The notes below the pieces were generated by a model. That model had not been told where the DNA came from and made no database searches. It was given only the letters and a program-made list of their open reading frames with translations. A DNA stretch of 64,000 nt. Source: Sedimentisphaerales bacterium (GTDB lineage: Bacteria > Planctomycetota > Phycisphaerae > Sedimentisphaerales > SM23-30). The stretch spans positions 127,004 through 191,003 of the forward strand of contig JANQJS010000022.1 in NCBI GenBank assembly GCA_028281535.1, written 5' to 3'. The first letter of the stretch is position 1. Each line of letters begins with the position of its first letter. A program made the position numbers and the translations under genes. This document shows, piece by piece, positions 19,979 to 28,051 of this stretch.

Positions 19979-20208
19979 TAGCTCTTCTCACTTTCTTCGA
20001 CTTCGTCGGCCCATTTTTCTAATTCATGTGGCCAGGCAAATTTTAGAGCACAAGCCCACAAGCATGCCGCGGCGATCGAGAAAGTGGCGTGATAAGCTAA
20101 TCCTTTCGGCATAAAACCAAATACCAGCCCTGGGTCATCCCAGAGCCAAACATCCTGATGAAGGACGAATAACACAATACAACCTATCCAGATAATTTTT
20201 TTACCCAT
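19978..20208 (-). CDS. DUF3311-like small membrane protein (SSS partner)
   Basis: 76 aa, two TMs, 'LHQDVWLW..VFGFMP'. Translationally coupled to the SSS gene by a TAATG overlap. Confidence 0.75.
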   Translation of the reverse strand: MGKKIIWIGCIVLFVLHQDVWLWDDPGLVFGFMPKGLAYHATFSIAAACLWACALKFAWPHELEKWADEVEESEKS

Positions 20209-20220
20209 GAGGGCGATCCC

Positions 20221-21768
20221 TTACTTCTTCTTATCAGGTTTGCCAATCGCATACAAATGCGTTTGGGTGGTAATATATAAAACATCATTAGCCACAACCG
20301 CACTGGAATAAACCGGTGCTCCCATATCCATCTTTTTGATTTCTTTCATTTTCTTGTCGGCTGCCAAAACAACGATTTCGCCATCTTCATTACCGATGAT
20401 TACTTTACCATCCGCAACTAATGTCGAAGCCCAGATAGAACTTTGTGTATCATAGACCCAATATTTTTTACCCGTTTCAGCATCTACGCAATGAACACGG
20501 CCGGTATAATCAGCCGCAAAAACCAATCCGTTATAAATCGAAACAGTAGAAATGGTTCTTTCAATATCTTTGTATAGCCAAACAGCTCCCGTTTTTGAAA
20601 TATCTCCATCCTTAGTAGCATCGATGCAACTTAAAACTCCAACGCCTTCACCGTGCTCAGGGTCCTGGCCCGTTGCAACATAAATGCGATTTTTGTAAAA
20701 AACAGGCGTTGCGATAATTTCACTGGGTCCTTTACGCTTTGGATACTTAATCTTTTTACCATTCTTCATGAGATACTCTGGTGGATTACAGTTAAATCGC
20801 CAGATTTCTTTGAGGATATCATAGCCATCTTCTTTAACGGGTTTTGGATCAAATCCATAGCAATAGCCATCACCGCCACCAAAGAAAAGCATCTCCTGGC
20901 CATTGACCACACCAAATGCGGGTGAAGACCAATTGCAATGATATAGTCGAGTACTAATACCTGAAGCTTCTTCACCAACAAGTTTACCTGTTTTTGCATC
21001 CAGACAAATTAATGTGGGAGCACGAGGACTTGGGATATTTACGTGAGACCAATCTTGACCATTTGAGGTCGTTACATAAATCTTACCATCGTAAGCTAAA
21101 ATAGAACTACTTGCGATATTGTGCGGAAAAACACCTAACTCTTTACGCATATCGTAGGTCCAAATGATATCAGCATCTTTATCGCCGACTTCAAGTTTTG
21201 GTTTACCTTCACCAACAACATATTGCCCTTCATCTTTAAACGGCCCATCATTACCATTGGCCATCCCTTTAACGTCCATACAAACCACTTCACATCGATT
21301 CGTTACCACATAAACGCGGTCACCTAAAACCGTTGGAGAGCTGCAAATCCCTAGATATTCCCAGTCGCTGACTTTTCCCGCACCAAGCTTAGGAACAATC
21401 AACTGCCATTTGAAGGAACCATCTTTTTCATCAAAACACATGACCACACCTCGGTCGCCTTTATGTTTTGGATCGCGAGGAGATTCATTGTTCGTACCAA
21501 CATAAACCTGGCCATCAGCAACGGTGACATTGCCGTAAGATTGCGAGCCCATTTTGGCGATCCACTTAATATTCTTTGTGGTTTTCATGTCCACTTCTTC
21601 AGTGTCATAATCCATCTCACCCACATTAAAACTATCAACGATTTTTTCCGTCGATGAAGCCATGTTTTTTGAATAGTCACGCCCCCACTGCGGCCAGTCT
21701 TCAGCTTGCAAACTAGCAGTAAAAGCTAACATTATTATTGCGATGATTCGTTGTTTCATAGTATTCAT
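20221..21768 (-). CDS. Secreted PQQ-like beta-propeller protein
   Basis: Signal peptide ending 'SLQA', 'DWPQWG', repeated 'CxDxxxGxxxW' blades. Confidence 0.8.
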   Translation of the reverse strand: MNTMKQRIIAIIMLAFTASLQAEDWPQWGRDYSKNMASSTEKIVDSFNVGEMDYDTEEVDMKTTKNIKWIAKMGSQSYGNVTVADGQVYVGTNNESPRDPKHKGDRGVVMCFDEKDGSFKWQLIVPKLGAGKVSDWEYLGICSSPTVLGDRVYVVTNRCEVVCMDVKGMANGNDGPFKDEGQYVVGEGKPKLEVGDKDADIIWTYDMRKELGVFPHNIASSSILAYDGKIYVTTSNGQDWSHVNIPSPRAPTLICLDAKTGKLVGEEASGISTRLYHCNWSSPAFGVVNGQEMLFFGGGDGYCYGFDPKPVKEDGYDILKEIWRFNCNPPEYLMKNGKKIKYPKRKGPSEIIATPVFYKNRIYVATGQDPEHGEGVGVLSCIDATKDGDISKTGAVWLYKDIERTISTVSIYNGLVFAADYTGRVHCVDAETGKKYWVYDTQSSIWASTLVADGKVIIGNEDGEIVVLAADKKMKEIKKMDMGAPVYSSAVVANDVLYITTQTHLYAIGKPDKKK

Positions 21769-21797
21769 TCCTCTTTATTTTTAGCTTATATGCGGGG

Positions 21798-24083
21798 TTA
21801 CTTACTTTTAGTGACAGAAACATTATCAACAAACACTTTAAATTGACTTTGCGGTGAAAAACCAATCAAGCCTGGCGCCCCCACTTTATGGGCAATCTTA
21901 TGGGGAACTTCAATCGTCCACTCTTTGGGCTCTGGATCACTACGTTTCCATGCCTTGGCACGAACCACACCACTACCATCGTCATTTAAATCAACGCGTG
22001 TCTTAATTCGATACCACACATTTTCACGCCATGAGAAGGGAACAGAGACTTTGATTCGATCATGATTACTGCTGACTTCCAGTTGCTGCCAATTACCAAT
22101 CAAGGCTACAATATAACGCTGATTAATCACACCAACATTTGACATCATACGACGGTTGCCGTCAGTCATGACATCTGCTTCGACGGTATAGCCAGTTGAA
22201 TCCGGATGCCCGATGAATGTCAAAGCACGTTGAAATAAAACACGATCCAGTGTTTTAGCTAAGACCTTGTTACCTTCAAGCTCACGAATTTCCCATTTGA
22301 GCCGTCCACCAATCCAAGATAATGGAGGATAAGAAAATTTTCCGCCATCACTTTTAGCGGTCACATTCAAATCAAATGATTCAAAATCTTCAGAAAATGG
22401 CATTTCGGGAACAACACGTCCGCGAATCACACCCGTTAAATTATCCGCAGTTGCTTTAAACGCTCCTGCAGATGGATCATTACCAGAATCAATGACCAAG
22501 GTTCCTTTATCATTGAAATCACCTTTTAGTTTTGATTTCACTTTAGCTGTCGCAGGAATGAATTTTTCCCAAGAGGCATCATCACTAGCCATAGTATCTG
22601 CAAGGAATCCGTTGCTGTCTAGAACATTGATTTTGAAATCTTGTTTTGTGTTAGGTGTTAAAAGAACTTCATTTGGAACTATTTGTAATCGAGCGGGCTT
22701 ACCAGCTTTATCATATCGTTTTTCTGTGGAACCTTTAACAAGACCAGGGTTATCGCCTGCTTTACCAAAGCAATAAAGTTTTTCAGTTGAATGCACATAG
22801 ACTTTACCATTCCAAGCACTTGGGGAGCCAAGACCATTACCTTCTAATTGAATTTTCGTTAATACCTCAATACCAGTATCACCAGGTTTAACAATATAGA
22901 ACAAGCCGTTTTTCATTGGAATGTAAAGCTTGCCATCAGCGTATAATGGCGAAGCATGCAACTGAGCATTTGACAGTTTTTCTTTCCAGACAACTTTGCC
23001 GCTATTGACATCAATGCAATACAAATCTCCTGTCTGCACAACTTGATATACTTTATCGCCAACCAGGACAGGGGAACTCGTAAACATACACAATGGCAAA
23101 CGCCATAATTCAGAATTAACATCCAATACTTTCTGCTTTTTACCATCTAAATCTTCTGTGCCATTTAAAGACAACGCAATCATACGACCGATCTCAGAGT
23201 TATCTAAATTTTCTCTGCCATGAATAACAATTAACTTATCGTCATGTTTTACGATTGAAGAATTGACGCCACCGTACGAATAATGATATCGCCACAATGG
23301 TTCACCAGTGCGAGCATTGACGCAAACAACATTACCGCAACCCGTTCCAGCATAAAAAACGCGTTTGCCGCCATACCATGCCATGATAGGTGTGGAAAAA
23401 GAACTATCTTTGGGAGCCGTTCCAGGTGTACTACGCCAAACCAACTCACCCGTGATTTTATCAAAAGCATAAAAGCGATCTCGCGCGGGCCCTTCTTTAC
23501 CCCAGTTGGCGGTAATGCCACGAACAATGACTAAATCATCATCGATAATCACCGCACCTGTTCGACCATTGGGAAATGTCAATCGACCAAATTTTTCCAT
23601 CATGGATATGGTCCACAACTGTTTTCCATCTGGATTAAAACAAGCAAATTCACCGCAGGTTGTTGATACGTAAATATTTCCCGTTTCACGATCAACAGTT
23701 GGACTACCGATAGCGTATCGCAGATAAATGATATCACTTAAATAATCGTTGAACCCAAACTCCCAAATCGTTTTACCCGTTTCAGCATCTGCACAAAGTA
23801 AGATCTCTTGAAGATCGGGTCCTTCACCTCGATAGCCCATCGTGTATAATCGACCATTAGCAATCACCGGCGTGCCGCGACCTGAAAGGTCGACCGACCA
23901 TAAGTGATTCTTACCATCAATTTCAACTTCACTGACAAGCCCTGTTTCACGTGAAACACCTGTTTGTTCAGGACCTCGCCAATTAAGCCAGCCATCGATA
24001 CTTGCCAGGGCTGTTTGAGCTGTCAGGGTTAATAGTAAACCAAACGATATAAAAAATGATTTATTCCGCATGATGGGCTTCAC
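21798..24083 (-). CDS. Secreted PQQ-like beta-propeller with Ig-like linker and C-terminal concanavalin-A-like (DUF1080-like) domain
   Basis: Signal peptide, 'WLNWRGP', propeller blades to ~aa 440, then 'RLQIVPNEV', and 'FSEDFE..YTVEADV..WYRIK..VFVDNVSV' beta-sandwich. Confidence 0.75.
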   Translation of the reverse strand: MKPIMRNKSFFISFGLLLTLTAQTALASIDGWLNWRGPEQTGVSRETGLVSEVEIDGKNHLWSVDLSGRGTPVIANGRLYTMGYRGEGPDLQEILLCADAETGKTIWEFGFNDYLSDIIYLRYAIGSPTVDRETGNIYVSTTCGEFACFNPDGKQLWTISMMEKFGRLTFPNGRTGAVIIDDDLVIVRGITANWGKEGPARDRFYAFDKITGELVWRSTPGTAPKDSSFSTPIMAWYGGKRVFYAGTGCGNVVCVNARTGEPLWRYHYSYGGVNSSIVKHDDKLIVIHGRENLDNSEIGRMIALSLNGTEDLDGKKQKVLDVNSELWRLPLCMFTSSPVLVGDKVYQVVQTGDLYCIDVNSGKVVWKEKLSNAQLHASPLYADGKLYIPMKNGLFYIVKPGDTGIEVLTKIQLEGNGLGSPSAWNGKVYVHSTEKLYCFGKAGDNPGLVKGSTEKRYDKAGKPARLQIVPNEVLLTPNTKQDFKINVLDSNGFLADTMASDDASWEKFIPATAKVKSKLKGDFNDKGTLVIDSGNDPSAGAFKATADNLTGVIRGRVVPEMPFSEDFESFDLNVTAKSDGGKFSYPPLSWIGGRLKWEIRELEGNKVLAKTLDRVLFQRALTFIGHPDSTGYTVEADVMTDGNRRMMSNVGVINQRYIVALIGNWQQLEVSSNHDRIKVSVPFSWRENVWYRIKTRVDLNDDGSGVVRAKAWKRSDPEPKEWTIEVPHKIAHKVGAPGLIGFSPQSQFKVFVDNVSVTKSK

Positions 24084-24254
24084 AATAGCATCCTCTCTAT
24101 ATTGATTTATCCTAAATAAATCCCAGTTAAAAACTTGCAGTAGACTATCATAACATTTCCGCTATAATCGCTTGTCGTCATGTCAATATGTCAGTGACGC
24201 ATAATCTTGAAATCAATGAGTTTGTGAAAATATCGACTGTAACTCATTAATAAT

Positions 24255-24283
24255 ATAATATGTATACGTACGTTTTTTGTCAA
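24255..24283 (-). promoter_or_regulatory. Sigma70-type promoter of the large operon with embedded palindromic operator
   Basis: Minus strand TTGACA (24283-24278), 17 nt, TATTAT (24260-24255). Near-palindrome TATGTATACGTA at 24259-24270. Confidence 0.75.
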
Positions 24284-24335
24284 TAGTTTTAATTTTTTTT
24301 TAGTTTTTTTATAATTTCATACGGGAATATGACTT

Positions 24336-24815
24336 ATGAGCAATGATGGCGCTACAGATATCGCAGAACTCTTTATCGAACGACGAATTCCACCCCTATT
24401 ACGGAGAGCTTGGTACAGCTTAAACCAGGAATTTCGCCGCCGTCTAGCCCACTTGCAGATTACCCCAAACCAATTTACCATCCTCAGGTGGCTGATTGAA
24501 AAGGATAACCAAGGCCTAACCCAACGCGAAATTGCATACCTCATGGCCAGCGACCCAAATACAATCACCTCAATCTTGAATCGACTGGAAGATAAAGAAT
24601 ATATCGAACGCACTCCGCATGAATCAGACAAGCGAGCCCATCGGATCCGAGTCAAAGAAGGTGGACGGGAAATCTACAATCAAGCAAAACCCATTGCCAT
24701 GGATCTGCAAGATGAAATCAGCCATTGTATTGCCCCCGACAAAGTGGATGAATTTATAACGCAGTTGTCGACTCTCGCCGACAACTGCAATAAGATTTTA
24801 AATAAAAATAAATAA
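24336..24815 (+). CDS. MarR-family transcriptional regulator
   Basis: 159 aa, 'ITPNQFTIL', 'LTQREIA', 'LNRLEDKEYIER..DKRAHRI' winged helix. Divergent from the operon. Confidence 0.9.
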   Translation: MSNDGATDIAELFIERRIPPLLRRAWYSLNQEFRRRLAHLQITPNQFTILRWLIEKDNQGLTQREIAYLMASDPNTITSILNRLEDKEYIERTPHESDKRAHRIRVKEGGREIYNQAKPIAMDLQDEISHCIAPDKVDEFITQLSTLADNCNKILNKNK

Positions 24816-24867
24816 ACAATTTGTATTTAGAAATGGATATCTTTAAGCACAACAATGCTGAAGAGCA

Positions 24868-26148
24868 TTATTTCTTTTTCATATCAATACAAATCATCTC
24901 TTCTTGGTCTCGCAAAATAAGCATTCCATTACTCAAAGCTAATGGCGCCCAGATTTCTTCTTCCCCATTGAGCACTTTCACCTTTGCGAGTTGTTTGTAT
25001 TTCTCACCAGTGGCTTCAGCTAAAATTAATTCGCCTGTCTCACCTGCTAAGGCAATTACCATATTATCAGCAATGATGAGATTACCTTTGTCCACATCTG
25101 GAGCCTTCTGCGTTTTCCATAACGTATTACCTTTCAAGTCCAGGCATACTAACCCTTCATGCTGGTTCCTGTCCATATTTTCGTTGGTATTAAAATTTGC
25201 AAAGAGTAGATCATTATGCAAAATAGCAGGATGAATTTGTGAGCCCCGCTCCTTGAAACGGAAAATTTCTTTGAATTGGTAGCCCGTTCCTTTTTTAAGA
25301 ACTTCCAACATCACAGAGCCAGAGTCATACCCCCCCGTAATAAATAACTTGTTCTCGCTAATCTTTGTAGGGTATGGAATGGGTATATTATTTTTATACC
25401 CTTCATAATCCCATATCGTTTTGCCTGTATCGGGATCAATAAACAGCACATGACCTTCAATGATATACAAAAACCCTTTCACCCCTGCTATGGTTTGTAA
25501 AGATACAGGCATGTATGATCCATATTTCAGCTCACCAAACGATGGAGTCGTCCAAATGGTTTTACCCGTATTTTTATCAATAGCCGCCAAACCGGCTTTC
25601 TTACCCATTGGGGTTATAATCAACTTATCTTTATAAACGACAGGCGCATGAGAGTAACCCCAGGTGGGTGGCTCTTCAACATCAAACGTTTTCATCATAT
25701 CGATAATTTTAACGAATTTCTTTTTATTACGATCACAAATATAGATCTGACCGAATGGGCCGCTGGCATAGACTCTATCTTTCGTCACAGTTGGCACACA
25801 CCTGGAGCCATTGAAATCGATACGGCCTGGCACTTTATTGACGCACTGCCATTTCAGCTTGCCTGTTTTTAAATCCAGACATTTGAGCATATCTTGCGTA
25901 CCCACTTCACGATCCATAATGAATATTTCATCACCATCGATCGCAGCTCCACCAAAACCCGGCTCAACGTCTATCCGCCATAATATCTTCGGACCACTTT
26001 CTGGAAAACTTCGCACAAGGCCAGTCTCAGGGCTATAACCCGTTCCTTCAGGGCCTTGAAAATGTGGCCAGCTAGCCAACAAAAACGACTGACTCAATAA
26101 CATCATTAATACTACTACACAACTTTTCCGAACCATATCATACTCCAA
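24868..26148 (-). CDS. Secreted PQQ-like beta-propeller protein
   Basis: Signal peptide, 'SWPHFQGP', propeller blades, C-terminal 'WAPLALSNGMLILRD' typical of PVC propellers. Confidence 0.8.
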   Translation of the reverse strand: MEYDMVRKSCVVVLMMLLSQSFLLASWPHFQGPEGTGYSPETGLVRSFPESGPKILWRIDVEPGFGGAAIDGDEIFIMDREVGTQDMLKCLDLKTGKLKWQCVNKVPGRIDFNGSRCVPTVTKDRVYASGPFGQIYICDRNKKKFVKIIDMMKTFDVEEPPTWGYSHAPVVYKDKLIITPMGKKAGLAAIDKNTGKTIWTTPSFGELKYGSYMPVSLQTIAGVKGFLYIIEGHVLFIDPDTGKTIWDYEGYKNNIPIPYPTKISENKLFITGGYDSGSVMLEVLKKGTGYQFKEIFRFKERGSQIHPAILHNDLLFANFNTNENMDRNQHEGLVCLDLKGNTLWKTQKAPDVDKGNLIIADNMVIALAGETGELILAEATGEKYKQLAKVKVLNGEEEIWAPLALSNGMLILRDQEEMICIDMKKK

Positions 26149-26288
26149 ATTTATATTTTATTTTAGATACCAACCCAGACGAGATTATCGTCGGTATTGC
26201 GAGCACATAAATAACCGACTGGTAAAGATGAAACCGTCAAACAACGTTCCATACACACAAGCATCGTGTAATATGCCTTACGAATTCC

Positions 26289-26326
26289 TACACATATATA
26301 ATATGTGTACGTATAGTAATTGTCAA
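26289..26326 (-). promoter_or_regulatory. Sigma70-type promoter plus operator, same architecture as 24255-24283
   Basis: Minus strand TTGACA (26326-26321), 17 nt, TATTAT (26303-26298). ATATGTGTACGTAT near-palindrome plus perfect inverted repeat TACACATAT-ata-ATATGTGTA (26289-26309). Confidence 0.75.
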
Positions 26327-26529
26327 TGGTTCTTGTTTTTTTGGTGATTTTATAATCGCCTATTTTAAAATTACTTGTGGTGACATTCCTCGCCATCGAC
26401 TACATAAACCTGTTTATATTAAGATTAGCCCTTCACCATAACAACGGGCCTAGAATAGCTAAACAAGGACGTTTACTATCACCAGGCCCACTTTTTATTA
26501 CAAACTGATTTACTGACTTCAAATTATAA

Positions 26530-27762
26530 TTATTTACTGATATCTACACAAACAAGAGTACCATCAGCATTCCTAGCAAACAGATGACCATTTGATAACG
26601 TCGGCACAGTCCAACAACGCCCACTCAATAACTTCATGCGAGAAACTTCATTGTAACCTGAAGGACTCGCCTTAACAGATACGAGTTCACCACCATCATT
26701 TAATATGACTAAGGTCCCATCAACCAAGAACAGACTACCAACAGTAAAACCTTTTTGTTGCCATTTAACTTTTCCCGTTTCAAACTCCATGCAAATCAAA
26801 GGAGCATCATCTTCTTCATTACCACTCGTACCATACAAATGCCCTTGCCACAAAACACTGCTGGCAAATTGATTTTTCATGTCCTCTTTGCCCCATATTT
26901 GCTTAGGGCCTCCAGCTCCGATATTCAACAAGGCACATCCACGATCATAGCCAGAAGAGATAAACATTTTATCGCCTTGAATAATTGGATCTGCAGCGTT
27001 TACATTCCAAGCCGTCTTCCATCTGTGACGCCAGAGTTTTTTGCCAGTCTTGGCTTCCACTGCGGAAATATACTTACCACTAAACATCGCAACTTTCTCT
27101 TGCCCATCAAGCGCATAGGGGACAGGACTGGAATAACCCGCCGTTCCATTTTCACCCTTCCATATGAGTTCACCTGACGCTTTATTAAATGCTAATCCCG
27201 TTAACCCTGCATTAACAATCAGCATATCACCATGAATGAGTGGCGAACCTGATAATCCCCACATCGGAATTTTAATGTTATATTCTTTACGTATATTCTT
27301 TTCCCAAACTTTGGAACCATCACTTGTTTTCCAACAAATTAAATCTCCATGCTTGCCTTGTGTATAGACAAGATTACCACCAATCGTTGGCGTTGCATTA
27401 GGTCCCCCTTCATACATATTGGCCTTCAGCTTACTTTTATATTTACTTTCCCAAACCTTTTTACCTGTTTTGATATCTATACAGACCAAGATATCTTCAT
27501 CATCCACATTTCCCATCGTAAAGGCTTTTCCTTGACTAGTGACAATCGAAGAAAATCCCGTCCCAACATGCGTTTTCCATAGTCGCTTAGGTGGATGTTT
27601 TTTCCAATCAAACTGAATATTTGTTTCTTTAGAAATACCATTATGATCTGGCCCTCGCCAATTTGGCCAATCCCCTGCAGAGACAGTAGTTGCTAGAAGG
27701 AATAATAAGGAAACCGCGACGAGGCATTGAATAGACTTTTTAGCGATAGACGTATCGATCAT
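26530..27762 (-). CDS. Secreted PQQ-like beta-propeller protein
   Basis: Signal peptide, 'GDWPNWRGP', blades, C-terminal 'CWTVPTLSNGHLFARN'. Confidence 0.8.
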   Translation of the reverse strand: MIDTSIAKKSIQCLVAVSLLFLLATTVSAGDWPNWRGPDHNGISKETNIQFDWKKHPPKRLWKTHVGTGFSSIVTSQGKAFTMGNVDDEDILVCIDIKTGKKVWESKYKSKLKANMYEGGPNATPTIGGNLVYTQGKHGDLICWKTSDGSKVWEKNIRKEYNIKIPMWGLSGSPLIHGDMLIVNAGLTGLAFNKASGELIWKGENGTAGYSSPVPYALDGQEKVAMFSGKYISAVEAKTGKKLWRHRWKTAWNVNAADPIIQGDKMFISSGYDRGCALLNIGAGGPKQIWGKEDMKNQFASSVLWQGHLYGTSGNEEDDAPLICMEFETGKVKWQQKGFTVGSLFLVDGTLVILNDGGELVSVKASPSGYNEVSRMKLLSGRCWTVPTLSNGHLFARNADGTLVCVDISK

Positions 27763-28051
27763 TTATATCTCCTTTACAAAATAAACTTCAAAATTATCTA
27801 AAGCTGGCATCCAGCCAACTAGCTAGATTTCATGTAGGTAATATAACGTTAAATATATCATCCAACAATGAGAAACACTTAACATCGACAAGATACGTTC
27901 CGAAGAGCACTTTGACCTAAATGTTTGCAATCTATTCAACAGAAACCATTTAGAAAAATCATGATTTACAAATAGCTAAGTAAAAGCTACACAATAACCT
28001 ACATCAATAAATTATACGACTAATGATGATGAGGGTTTGATGAATATCGAC

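Noticed and set aside
24160-24200. Second TTGACA and TGTCA repeats in the operon leader
   Set aside because: No -10 box at suitable spacing, so it is too weak to call.
24317-25234. Antisense ORFs 24317-24655 and 24821-25234, and the many other short ORFs nested in long genes
   Set aside because: Shadow frames of well-supported genes with no motifs or ribosome-binding sites.
26163-26396. 77-aa ORF between two propeller genes
   Set aside because: It overlaps the promoter/operator at 26289-26326 and has no recognisable motif, so it is likely spurious.
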